Source: Lama glama (taxonomy: Eukaryota). From it: DNA of 64,000 nt. Shown piece by piece: positions 1 to 12,900 of the stretch (positions are counted from its first letter, which is position 1; the number at the start of each line of letters is the position of its first letter). The stretch covers positions 71,674,001 to 71,738,000 of the forward strand of contig CM052817.1 in the NCBI GenBank assembly GCA_028534125.1, written 5' to 3'. The notes under the pieces are model-generated. The model was not told where the DNA came from, did not search any database, and saw nothing but the letters and a program-made list of their open reading frames with translations. The position numbers and the translations under genes are program-made.

Positions 1-1546
1 GCTGATGATAAATATGTAGACACAAAAATAACTAGACGGCTAACAGACTATATTTGGGAAGAAGAGTAGAATTACAGAAAGAGAGATCAGAGGGGAGTCA
101 CGACAGTGCAGTGCCACGGATATAAACGTGCATATCTTTGTGGTCGGGCAGTGATGTGTGAAGCTGCAGGTGAGGACCAAGTGAATTTCTGAGTGCCTGA
201 AATGAATAAATACAACTTTTGCTAAAAGAAAGAAAGAAAGAAAGAAAACCCTTTGAGCCTAATTAGGCACTGAGCAGGCACCAGCTTCTAACTCTTGGCA
301 TCAAGTGAAGAGGAAAACTTGGAAACAAAATGTCAGTTACAGCAGAAAATCTAAAGCATGACACAAGTAAAAGTCTATTGGATTTCATCCTTGAGGAATT
401 TTGTGTGGCCTTTGACAGTGCTGATTCCTCAGTGGAGTGGAATGGTTTGAAGCCAGCTTGTTAGGAACCCAGGGAAAGGTGGCTGACGAGGAAGTACAGA
501 GAAACCCCAGGAGTTCAGGAGTGAGAAGGAAAGACTTGGTATGGTTGGGACCAGAGGGTAAGGGAAGAGAAACCCGTCGTTATGGAGGCAGAGGGAAGTG
601 AGCCCATTCTGAGAAAGTGGTTGAGATCAGATCACAGAGCTCTTGTAATCAAGTGGACCAAAGCTTTGAAATGTATTAAAACGGTGTTTATTCTTTAAAT
701 ATTTACTCATTTGGCAGGATGATTAGCTTAGAAGCAAACTGTTAAAAACAATCTCTCTGTTTCTAGAATTTATCTGTGGCATTTTAAAATAAAGGTAGCC
801 TCTATTAGACTAATTTATAAGTGTGCTGATGTTAAAAGGTGTGAGATTATTTTATTAATTTAAATGAGTGTGTTCCCCCCACCCCCAAGCAATTTTTCTT
901 TCTGTTCAGCTAGTTTTAACAACCCTCAAGGAACCTTGTTTTTCTCAGTAGCTGCCTCTGATGCTGGCACTCAGTGACTCCTTCCCAACCTTTTGTATCC
1001 AACCTTTATGAGAAGAGGGAGCTAACAAACTAATTAGGCTGGTAGCTTAAGAAAATACAAATCGCAGTACACACCCCCACCAAAAAGGCTTACATGTGCA
1101 AAAACTGAGTGCATCCCAAACTGCTAGCTTCAGACTTCGTGTCACACATGGAAAACTGGTTTTGTTTTGCTTTGTTTTGTACTTTGGCATACTATAGAGA
1201 AGTTAGACATGTTGGTGGAATAAAAGCTATTCCATTTGGAATGATGAGCTCTTCACTGGAAAATTTATGTGTGAGAAGGTTTGGAGATAACAGTCATTTG
1301 TCATTAATGGAAATATACAAATTGGCAAAATAGTAAAATCTGCTTTAGCTGTTGAAATTTGGAGGGGTGGCTTTAAAAAGAGTTAACTTTTTGTGCTATA
1401 TAAAGGAAAAAACCACATGTATTAATAGTTGGATTGTAAAATATATTTTCTGAATAGCTCCTGTTGAATTATCTTTGCTGAACCTGACTATCACCTCAGT
1501 GGGGTTGTGGCTGTCAGTGCCAGAAGAGCTGCCAAAGAGAAGCTGC

Positions 1547-1720
1547 AGTATTTTTCAATCGGTTGGCCACCTGCATCAGAATAACCTAAGCGTGTGTTTT
1601 AAAAATGCAGATTCCAAGAATTCACCCCAGATCTATTGAATCTCTGTGGGCAAGTTTTGAGAATTTACTATTTTAATAAGCTCCCAGGGGATTCTTATGA
1701 AAATTAACATTTGAGAAGTA
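1547..1720. mobile_element. MER5-like hAT-Charlie DNA transposon relic
   Basis: Recognisable ctgcatcagaataacct...aaaaatgcagattcc...ttttaataagctcccaggggattcttatg...tttgagaa. Confidence 0.75.
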
Positions 1721-2019
1721 GATTTCAAAACACATGACCACATTTAGATTCAGTACTACTCAGAGGGAGTGAAAATCTGCATATTCTTTATGATGTGCCA
1801 ATATTTTCTTGTAACTTTTTTCACCAGAATTAAAAAGGTGCACATCTTTTGACATAGCAATTCTATTTCTAGGAATTTATCTCAAGGAATAATTGAGCAA
1901 ATGTGCAAAGATTTCTGTAAACTATCAATTACAAAATTGGCTGTATTAGCAGAAAAGTTTTAATTTAAATGCTTATCAAGATATTTTGATTAGATAAACT
2001 ATATATACTTATGTAGGAT

Positions 2020-2270
2020 TATTAGGTACAGTGTTCTAAACACTTCAAAAGCTATGAGTCATTTAATTCTTTAACATTATGTAATATAATGCAGTATAAA
2101 ATGTTAATATAATAATAATATTATTACCCCCATTTTACAGATGACAAAGCTGAGGCCCAGAGCAGTTAAGTACTTGTCCCAGATCACACAGCTAGCACAC
2201 AGCAGAGCCAGGACACAATGACAGGTAGTTTGTCTCTAGAGTCTGTGGCTTCACACTGCACTGTCTGCCT
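2020..2270 (-). mobile_element. MIR SINE
   Basis: MIR core: ccccattttacagatgacaaagctgaggcccagagcagttaagtacttgtcccagatcacacagctag. Confidence 0.8.
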
Positions 2271-2733
2271 CTCTCAACTTTTTGCTGCCTTCACATAATG
2301 ATTATATGGAAGAAAGCATTTTACAAAAAATTATGTTTTATATGATCATATTCATGGTAAAAATGAATATATCTGTATTTTGGAATTGAAAATTTTTATG
2401 AAAAGGTAAAGAACCTGCATTAGAGTGGATGCACCAAATTGAAGATAATGATCTGTAAGTGGAATTATAGATGTTCTCTATTTTCCCCTTTTGTCTCCAG
2501 TTGCTTTTTCTTTTTCTTTCTTTTTTTTTGGGAGTAATAAACATATATCATTGTTATAAAAAGACAAGTGTATGTACCAGTATGCAAATATATTGTAAAG
2601 TTTATGCTTTTGTGAGAGTGGCCTTTAAGGATAAACTGAATTATAAACAGAGAGGAGGAAAAACACATTTTTATATTCCCACATTCTTCTTCCTCCTTAA
2701 GAGTCCACTGTGTTTCTAGCAGGTCTGTCTTCT

Positions 2734-3481
2734 TGTTAGAGCAGGCAGAGAGCTAGATATGAGTAGAGAAATGGGGACGCAGCCAAATGGCAGAAATTGG
2801 GCAGAAAGAAGGGGCACAGGCCAAACACAGGAAACCATACATCATGTAAACACAGGGATCCCTGGGCAGAGAAAGAAAAGCAGGAACCTTTGGGCTGGTA
2901 AGTTGTCACACCTTTTGGGAATGAAAAGCGGCCCAGAGACTAACAGAGAAAGGTGGGAAAAGGCAGAATCTCCAGTGTCTGAATGTAACCTTTTGTTCAT
3001 TATGCCCTCATTTCAGTAAAATTTGCCTTGCAGATTAGAAGTACTCATCATGCACCACCTCCATGACACTTCCGATCCAGACTAAATAAGGACAAAATCC
3101 CTCCTCCCTTCAGGAAGGTGGAGTTGGGATGAAAATCAGGGACTATGACCCCAAACCCTTCCATTCTCAATGAATTCTCCGCCCATTCATCTTTACACCT
3201 TATGTAACCAACTTGCCAAAGAACTCAGGGCAGCTTCTTACCTGAGCCTGCCCGCTCTCCCCTTAAGAGTATAATTCTGTTGTGAACCTGAAACTGCTCT
3301 AAAAGAATAAAGTCTATTAAATAAATAAATAAATAAATTGCATACAATTAAAAAAAAAAAAGAGTATACTATCTACCCCTTAATAAATCCCCACTTTACT
3401 TTCTTAACCTCCATGTCTTGTCTCTGAATTCTTTCTGGGATGGGACAAGAACCTGGACTCCAGTCACATCTACCAGCAACA
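2734..3481 (+). mobile_element. ERV1-class solo LTR with 4-bp TSD, interrupted by a poly(A) insertion
   Basis: Termini TGTT...AACA, flanked by TTCT at 2730-2733 and 3482-3485. AATAAA and a U5-like gacaagaacctgg lie near the 3' end. Confidence 0.85.
3274..3359 (+). mobile_element. Short retrotransposed poly(A)-tailed fragment with 9-bp TSD
   Basis: AAGAGTATA is repeated at 3265-3273 and 3360-3368. The target site TT|AAGA fits L1 endonuclease preference, and the insert ends in an A tract. Confidence 0.85.
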
Positions 3482-6400
3482 TTCTCAGGCTTCTTTTTCA
3501 TGATCAAGCTAATAAAAGGGGCTTTGTTTTTCTTTATTACTACTTTCATTTTCTATTTAAATCTTTCTTTTTCTCCACCAGAAAGTGATAAGTTTTCTCT
3601 TTCTAAATAAATAATGTTCTTTGCCTCATCTATAAACCCGAATGTTATGTGTTAATTTCATTAAATTATCTTAGGTCTTTTAAGGAGCCAACCTTATTCA
3701 GAACTATCTGAATTGTATGTGTTGATAAACCAATCAGTTATGATTCAGTCCAAGATGACAAAATTTAAAAGGGTCTCAAGGTGGATGTTACACCAAACTC
3801 TGGGCCAAGTTAATGTTCGATTAACTAAACATTATGATTGAAGTGCTTCTGGAACTTATTTTACTTTAGTACAGGCAGGTAGAATTAGTGTTCTCTCTTT
3901 TTTTTTTTTTTAATAAATGTCACTATTCTTCAAAAAGAACCTGATTCTGAAGATTTAAATTCTGAATCATTGTATGTTTTTCTGATTAAGTTATTTTAAT
4001 TGACCATATTGTTTTTAAATGTGAGACTGGCTTATTCATCCAAAATTTACTGTTAAGTCACATCAACTTTTTAAAAAATTGAAGCAAATGAAAACTCAAA
4101 ATAGATTTGGAGTCATGATAATAAAACAAAATATACTTTGGAGCAACAATCTATCATTTCTCTGGAAATTTAAATCGACATTTTTGTCTCAGCAAACATC
4201 TAATTCTAGTAGAATTAAAAATTAAAAAGTCACATATCTAATCTGAGCTATAATTGTTTATCTGCGAATATAAGAACTCTGTCATGTGAAATAAAACCAG
4301 CTTCTTTTTCTTGTTTCAAGGAAGCATCCTTTCTTTATCCAAAACTAGTACAAAAAGAATAATCAAGGCCAAAAAATAATCCCTTGTGGGCTTCCAATAT
4401 TTTAGCAAAATGTTAAGTATTAACTTATTAACTTTCTTCTTGAGTAAGATTTTTCTGAAATTCATTGACTTACTACGTATTTTCCTACCACTATCATTTT
4501 GATAACATTATCTGTTCCTGTTTTAAATCTAACACATTAACAAACATTATTGTTAAGCATAGAAAGCTATTTATGGTATGACTATAATGTTTATAAGCAC
4601 ATATAAAATTGCACAATCTAAAATATTCTAAATAATTTGCAATGAACAATAAATTGATGAAAAGCATTTCAGGTGATTGTATTTAGGATCAAAGTCTCCA
4701 GCATTCCCATAAGGTCAAGAAGAAGTAGTTACTGGATGAGCTCCAAAGGATCTCAACAGATACTGGTGGGTAATTACACTGCAAATAATAAAATACATTG
4801 CTTGGCCTTTTATTGTACAGTGTCCTTCTATTTTGAACATATAAACCAACCTCACCTCAAATTCTAACCTTGCTATTTCACCTGCCATAAAAAGTACTTA
4901 TTCTTAGCAATATGTAAGCATATGTTACCTAAATAATTAAAAATGGACTCAAATATTTAAATCAAATCCGTTAGTTATAGGTAGCCTACTCAATGGTATA
5001 ATTGAGGGGAAACTCAGATTTATTGCTGTAAGCAGGAAAAACTGCCCTAAAAATTTTGGCTGATTTTTGGGTTCAAATGGTTTTTGAAGTTGTTTGTGAT
5101 TATCTACAGTCATACACTAAGTTGATACACACAAAAGCAACATCATAGAATGGAAAATTACTAGCTTGTGGGTCAGAGTATCTTTTTGACTCTCTTCTCT
5201 TCATGTCCTCATGTATGAAATGTGGACAATGATACTAATCTCTCAGGATTACTGGGAGGTGGTAAATACTGCAGGGGAAATTGCCTGCCACATAATCAAT
5301 TCACAATAGATGTTAGCTTCTTTTTCCCTTGAATGATGAACCTAAGTGAAATATTTACTAACTTCTCAATGCAACAGAATTTTTTCATTCATTCCTCAAA
5401 TATTTATTGAACAAGTGAGGGTTTAGGGATGAAAACAGGTATCACTCAATATATTCCAAGTATGAATATATTTAATGCCGGGAATTAGAGGCTTACACAA
5501 TGGGTGGAAGATAACCAAGGTTAGGGAAGCTGTTAGTGAATATTTCAAACTGTAGCACCCTAGGGTTCTTATGGGCTTGCACCAAAGACTATCTGACTGC
5601 TAAAGAACCTCCAGGAGGGTCCCACCGACTCCTCAGGCTGAGGGCTGATGCAGATGATTCTTAGGAAGCTCATCTGGAAGCTGCTTAGAGCCTCAGAAAT
5701 GCTTGGTATCTGCCTGCGACTGCCTCCAGAAAATAATGGCCTCTTCTCTTCTAAACCTTGTGTTAGTGCCTCCCTTTGCAACAGGATTCTGGGAAATGTA
5801 GTTCTCAACTTCTCTCACAATGGAGACCTTAGAGGGGAGGCAGTGATGCCAAGCTGAGTCCAGATGAACCGGCACACCTACTAAGTGCAAGGCAGGGGGC
5901 TCCATGTTGTGGGGAACACAGTGATGATTCACATGTGGATCTTCTTACTCTGCTCCCAATCTCGCAGGCATGATAAGACATGTGAATAAAAACAATTGTT
6001 CAAGGCAGACCTCTCAGACGCATATGTAGGGACAAGACTGGGCAATTCATAGAAAGAGATGGTTTCCAGCTGGGAAAGAGAATCAGGGAAGACTTCAAGG
6101 AATGGGTATACTTTAGATTGAGCTTTGAAGAACCAGTAAGTTTGAGGTATAAGAAAACATGGAAAAGCAGGGAATTCCATGGGCATGAAAATGCATGAAA
6201 AGAGGTACAGAAATAGAAAATAACATAGTGAGTATTGGGAACACTAAGTGATGTTATTAAACTGAAGACAGGTGTTCTTGAAAAGAAGCAAAGTGGAGAG
6301 GATATCCCAGAAAGTAGTTTTTGTTCAATCTTCAGACACTATTGACAAATACAAGTTTAAAATCTTCTTAATAGGAAATGGAGAGGAATTTGAGATTTTT

Positions 6401-7599
6401 GAGAATATCATGATCAGACTGCCCCATGAGAATGAATCCTCTGAAAACTGTTGCAGGCATTATGTTATCCCTGTAGGACATCTGCTAAACCAGGATGGGC
6501 ATTGCATCCCCAGAAGGCGTGCAGGATTCAGTGCGCACAACCATAGGCAGGCACCCTGTTAATCCTCCACTTCATAGGTTGCTAGAAGAAACTGAGGTTC
6601 AGAAAGGTTATGGAACTAAGACCATACAGTTGATGGAATTTGAGGCTTATGGATTTTGATTCCAAAGCTAAAATAGTTTCCACATAACTTAGTATTTCCT
6701 ACTGCTCCCCCCACCCTCAGTCCCACCAAATTTAAAAAAAGAAAATTCCTTCAGCTATTTTCTGCTCCCTTTTTCTAACTGTATAGATCTTGCCCTGAAA
6801 TCCTGATAAATAATAAGAGGGTAGTAAAATTTGCTCCAACTAAAGATCAAGCTTACAACCCAGGTCTTCTTTCATATACATATTACAGTATAAATACTGC
6901 ACAGTTTTGAATAATAAGAGAAGAGGAGATTTTGAAAATTACTCCTTATTCCATATAATGTGAATGAAACTTATTTACCCAGTGCCCTGGTTCTCATTCA
7001 ACCAATGCCCTGTCAATCCATGTCTTTTTGGTGTAAGAATGATTTTGGGTTAAAGTTGATTATTTGCTTAGTGGATTATCCAAATAATTAAAAACTATTT
7101 AGTTTTCACTTACATAAGCATTACAATCCCATCACCAAATTCAAGATGAACTAATCTGTTTTGAAGAAGTTTACCATCTGAAAATGTGACCCAAAACATT
7201 TCTGACCTTATTTATTAAGATTTCCCTCCCCATTGGCTCTTTTGACTCTGTGCCCCAAGATTTCTCACTTCATGCTAGTTTCTCTACCTAAAGTGCTCAT
7301 CACCTTTTCCCAAAATTCTACTCATCTTTTAAGTCTTAATATAAATTCTGTTTTCCCCCTGAAGTCTTTGTTCGTCCAATGCCAACCATCAACCCTCTGA
7401 ACTCTCCTTCTCTGATACTCCCATAGCACTTGAAGTCACTCTGGAGAAATGTCTATTCACATTTTATTTATTTATGGATATAGTGTATCTTACTTACTGG
7501 TTTGTAAGATCTAGGAGGGCAAGCCTGTGTTGAACTTATCTTTGAATGCCTCCTCACCATTTAGAAGAATATCTTAATGTAGGAATCATTCAATACAAA

Positions 7600-7940
7600 T
7601 TTGTTATGCTTGGGAGCATCAGTTTGGCTCTTCCACATCCACTCTCTATCCTCCACCTGTTCAGTGCCCCAGGGAACTAAGTTGGATTTGGTCGAAGAGG
7701 ATAAGACGGAGGGAAGTGAGGTTGGGGTATTTATTCTCCAACTTTTTCCTCAGTGGCTACTAGAAGTTAGCCCTTCCCTTTGTTAAAGATCACAGCTTTT
7801 TAAAAGTAGTGCTTTCCCATAGCTTCAGGTTTCCGCAGCTACCCATGTCCTTCAGTCCTTTTAGGCTCAGAGATGTAATGAGTCCCATCCTAATGGCCTG
7901 AGGTACTGCACCATCTCTTATGGTTTTTCTATTCCCTGGC
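7600..7940 (+). mobile_element. ERVL LTR33-like relic
   Basis: Resembles LTR33 and the related element at 9700-10530 (gaagtgaggttggggtatttattctcc). Confidence 0.5.
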
Positions 7941-8279
7941 CAGAGCTGGGGTGCAGGTAGAAATAAGGAACTTAGGAATAAGAAATAAAGAACATGAGTG
8001 TTCAAGGATAAGAGATTGAAACAAAATTCTGTAGAACAGAAATTGCACATGGCTGCTTATTTTTTTCATAACCAAGGCCAAACTCCCTAATGAATTAGCA
8101 CATCTACCTTAAATTTGCTACCTGAGACCAAGATTAAAATGGCTCCTAATTCTTTTGTCAGCAGTATACAATGAGCTGTGGTAAAGAATAAAATTATGCT
8201 TGCTTCTTTAACTGCTTTCTATAACTCAGACTCTCATTCTGTCAGGCTGGACTTGTCTACCATTGAAATGAATAAAAAA

Positions 8280-8510
8280 TAAAAATAGTAAATACTTAAT
8301 AGGGCACTGTATGTGCCAGGCTCTGTTCTGAGCAATCTACAAAACAACGCGTTTAACATTTACAACAACTCCATAAGTTAGGTACTAGTATTTTTTTTTT
8401 CATTTTACACGTGAGAATCTGAGGCTCAGAGAGATTAAATAACTGGCCTAACATCACACAGCCAATACCTGACAGAGCCAGGATTCAAAGATAGGCAGTT
8501 TGGCTTGAGT
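8280..8510 (-). mobile_element. MIR SINE
   Basis: tatgtgccaggctctgttct...cattttacacgtgagaatctgaggctcagagagattaaataactggcc...agccaggattcaaa. Confidence 0.8.
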
Positions 8511-9699
8511 TAGTTCGTTCAATCATATTTGAGGAGGGGTAGGGTTTCAACATATGTATTTGGTGGGAATACAGTCATTCAGTCCATGAGAACAGGTGGG
8601 TCTGATGCATAAATAGAATTAAGAACCACCATATTCTGTGTAGTGTTTGTAAAGATATAGAAACATTCCTTCTTAATTACACAAACATTACGTGAAATTT
8701 TCATTGAAAGAGTCAAACAATATAGAAGTATATGGAGCAAAACAAATATACATTTCCTATTTCAGGTTTTTCTGGCACACATTCTTATGTCCACTGATCA
8801 TAACAGTTCTGTGACTGATAATCAGATTGGTTAAAAGATAAGATGGTGATTCTGCTAAAATGGATTGCATATATCCACTGGTAGAGCACTCTGTATCTTT
8901 GTGTATCCTGTCCCCTCCACGTCTGATATCATTCTGTCTCATATTCAAAAGCTCCTGCTGATTGTGCAGGTGCACAGGCAAGGCTGTGGAATCTCCTTGT
9001 GGCTCATAGCAGGTTCCTTCACGATTTGTCCCTTACTTGGTCATTCTAGGGAGGACCTGCCGCTGTTTGTAGATCTGCCTCCTTTCCTCATGCGCTGCCT
9101 GTAAGTTTGGCTTAAAATAACTTACATTTCCTCTGACTTTGGCAAGATATATTGATCAATCTCCCCCAGGGTCTCCAGCCTTTTCTGCTGAGGAGCTAAT
9201 TTTGATTTTTCTGAAATTTAAGGGTCATCACCCCACCCTGAGACTTGGGATGGAGAGAATGGGGTACAGGACACATAAAGTCACCCACAGGGAAATACTG
9301 ACTGTACTTCAGCCTGATTCAGGCAGCTGCGTGCCATACAGTCTTCCTTACAGGATTTCCCAAGCACCAAGGGGAGAGGATGGAGGCTCCTGCAGCCAGC
9401 TTAGAGACTGATCCAGTAAGGGTTCAGGAAAAGCCAGATGATCCCTAATGACTGACTAGCTCATCCTAATTCAGTGACTGTTGGTCTCCTATAATTCATT
9501 CATTCTTTGAAGAAGGTCCTCTGGTGCAATGTTACGGTGTTTCTTTAACCAGCACTATCTGGTCAACAAAACAAACAAATACATCTTGTTAAAAGTCTTT
9601 CCAAGAAGCAACAAAGAGGCTGAAAAGTACTATTATCTACAAAATAAGGTAGAAAAACTGAACAAGGGAGAGTTTCCATGCCCCATCCAGAGTCCCCAA

Positions 9700-10535
9700 A
9701 TATGCAGGAGACCTTACGTGCCTCTCCAGGTATATTCTCCACCTTTCCCACTGCTCTGTGCCATGGGACCCTCATCTGGATGGGCACATCATTACTTCTG
9801 GATGGAGACAGCCCACGGAGACCACCGGCAGAAGGTCAGGAAGAAGCACAGTGAGGTTGAAGTATTTGTCCCCTTAGATCCCTCCTCTTGGGGTCCCCAG
9901 AGACAAGCTGCACCCAGAAACCAAAGGTCACAATGCCAGTTAGGTGGTCCTGTCTACATAGCTCTTTTTTTCTTTTTCCTTTTCTAAAATTGAAGTATAG
10001 TTGGCTTACAATGTTGTGTTAGTTTCTGGTGTACAGCAAAATGATTCAGTTATATACATGTAGCTATATTCTTTTTCATTTTGGTTTATTACAAGATATT
10101 TAATGTAGTTCCCTGTGTTATACAGTAGAACCTTGTTTTTTTTTTTTATATATAGTAGTTTGTATCTGCTAATCCCAAACTCCTAATTTATCCCTCCTCC
10201 ACCCCCTTTCCCCTTTGGTAACCATAAGTTCGTTTTCCATGTCTGTCTGTTTCTGTTTCCTAAATAAGTTCTTTTGTGTCATATTTTACATTCCACATAT
10301 AAGTGATATCATATGGTCACGGCTCTCTTTTTCTTCAAATTTTCTCCAGCTCGTCCCTCTCCTCTCCCTTCCAGCCCTTGAGGGTAGCAGAGCCTTACTG
10401 TTGTGACACTGCAGTACAGCACTCTCCCTGGTAACTTCTCTACATGCTGCCTATGCCTTTGTAAAGCATCCCTTTATTAACTCCTCTTCTTAAATTACCC
10501 TGTTTCAGTGTGACAGTTCTGTCTGCTGGGACCCA
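9700..10535 (+). mobile_element. ERVL LTR33-like relic interrupted by an L1 3' fragment
   Basis: 3' end ccctttattaactcctcttcttaaattaccctgtttcagtgtgac...gggaccc is typical of LTR33. Confidence 0.55.
9975..10321 (-). mobile_element. 5'-truncated L1 3' UTR (artiodactyl-type) with about 14-bp TSD
   Basis: ttgaagtatagttggcttacaatgttgtgttagtttctggtgtacagc...ccacatataagtgatatcatatgg. Flanks gctctttttttctt (9961-9974) and gctctctttttctt (10322-10335) match at 13/14. Confidence 0.85.
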
Positions 10536-11399
10536 CATAAAGCAAATAGAGGACATCTTTGTAATTCTCAAAAATAGGACAACAATGCTTGGAAGAAAAA
10601 ATAGCCTTTTAGATTATATAAAGTAGGTAGGCTGGAAGGATGGGCAACAATATTCTCTCTGTATGAATCCCAGAAAGACATACCGATGTGGCTCTCACAA
10701 GCTCTATTCTTCTAACCACACCTGAAGAAACCTTCCCCTTTATGGATACCAGTCCCCAACATGACTTAGCTATTTATTTATCCTGAAATCAAATTCTCAG
10801 ATTTCAGTAACTGCACTTTAGTCAGCCAACTACAGAGGTGTCCATTTTTAAAATGACCTTTTCTCATTTTTATTGATGAGTATATTAAGATAACAAAAGT
10901 TTTGGTTTCTAAAAACAACAATAAAATGTTGCTTCCACCATGACAAGAAAAACCAGAATTATCTACAAAATCGTAACTTTGAGAGTTGAGGTAAGGAGGC
11001 AACCAAGGGAAATGAACTCCAGAGGGAAAAGCCTCTCTCAGAGACAAGGATACACAAACTGACTCATCTTTGGCAAAGCATGGGGGGAGGGAGGGGGGGA
11101 GGGGTTCCAATAGAAGTGAGTAAGAAAAAAATCAGAAAAAAAAAGAACAAATTCTTAAAGGCTGACAGTGGGTCAGCATATCAACAGGAACAACAGAACA
11201 ACAGGAAGTGCCAGGCATAGGGAAGGTTGTATTCACTTGCATGCTTTCCTGACAAGCCTCCATCAGAAGCTTACAAGGGAGATTAAGGGCCAGGCAGGAG
11301 ATGAGAACAAGCCCTCCTCGATGGCACAGGACTGCACTGGTGACCTGGCGACTCTGAGGGATGGGCACAAAACACTGCCTGCTTCCACAGATCCTCCTC

Positions 11400-12900
11400 T
11401 CATAAAAAGCTTAAGCTGCTGAAGGAAGGGCAGCAGACATTCTCACTCCTAGGACATTTGGGGAGGGGGTAGCAAATCTTCCTGCCCCCAAGAACTAGGC
11501 ACAGACCCGTTGCTTCTATAGGGTGGGTAGAAACAGAAGATACCTTCCCTTGGGCCAGTATTCTGCAACAATAAAAAGTAGAGGTTTGCTCTTGTTGGGG
11601 GAGGGCAAGGAATATTTCTCCTACCTAAACCCCACCACAGATTCAAGGCAAGGTTTGGCTGCCACAGAAGAAAAGGGAATGACTACCAGAAGGACACACT
11701 TTTGAAGTCTAGGTACACTTCCTGAGACTGAGGCTGGACCAGGAAAACCAAGCACTTTCCCTGCCCTCACTACAAGTCCACCACTGAGTAATAAGCAACA
11801 GCAACTGGGAAAGGGGTAAGATCATGGACTGAGGCAGGTAAGCAAGAGTGAGTGAAGGTGGAGAAGAAATACCAAGAAAAACCCTCAGTACCCCAAGCCC
11901 CACACAAAGGACAAGGTAATGACAAGCCACTGCAGGAAGAATTTGAAGCCTCTCATTTCACTGAGGGTAACAATAGCAATAACGAAACCTAAATCTTGCT
12001 TAAATACTGACTAGATTGATTCAATATCCCATGTTAATAGCCTAACAGAAGAAGAGTGACTATTTCTAGATCTGACGCTATTTACCTCAAGGTCTATTAT
12101 TCTTCAAAACATAATGTACTTAATGTACTAAAAAAATTATGAGACTCAAAATAGCAAGGAAAAATTGATACATTGTAGAGATAAATCAATCAACAGAATC
12201 AGCCGCAATGACCCAGATGTTGGGCTTCACATAAGGACTTTAAAATAACTATGAATAATTTGGAAAAGGTGGGTAACATGCACAAACAGATGGAGAATCT
12301 CAGAAAGGAAATGGAAACTATAAAAAATGCCAAATCGAAAAGAATTGTGATATAAGAGATGAAGAATTGCTCTAATAAGCACAGCTGAGGAAAGAATTGG
12401 TGACTTTAAAGATAGGAAAATGGAAATTATCCGAAATTAAACCCAAATATACAGAAAGAGTGATAAAACAGAAAAGAGCATCCAAGAGCTGTGAGATAGC
12501 AGACTAACGTGGATACAAATAGATTTCTACGAAGAAGAGAGAGAACAGGGAAGAATTATTTAAAGAGATAATGCCCAAATTTTCTGAAATGACAACCTAC
12601 AAACCTAAAAAGCACAGAGAACCTTGAGCAGGATAAATACACACACACACACACACACATACACACACAGCACGTCATAGTCAAACAGCCGAAAAAAAAA
12701 TAAAGAGAAAAATTTCAATGCAATCAGCAGGGAAAAAATATTACATAGACAATAACAAAGAGAAGACTGACAACAGACTTTTTGTCAGAAATTGTGTAAT
12801 CAAAGGACAGTAGAACAATATCTTAGAAATGGTGCTGAAAGATAAAATTTCACTGAATGTCCATCTAGTGAAAATGACTTTCAAAAATGAAGGGGAAAAC
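11400..12900 (+). mobile_element. Ancient L1 5' UTR/ORF1 relic
   Basis: A-rich decayed ORF1-like text, e.g. acagctgaggaaagaattggtgactttaaagatagg and tttaaagagataatgcccaaattttc. Confidence 0.6.
12639..12669. repeat. (CA)n microsatellite
   Basis: Visible AC dinucleotide run with one interruption. Confidence 0.9.

Noticed and set aside
9529..9987. 152-aa ORF
   Set aside because: Runs through an LTR relic into an L1 poly(T) tail; no recognisable domain.
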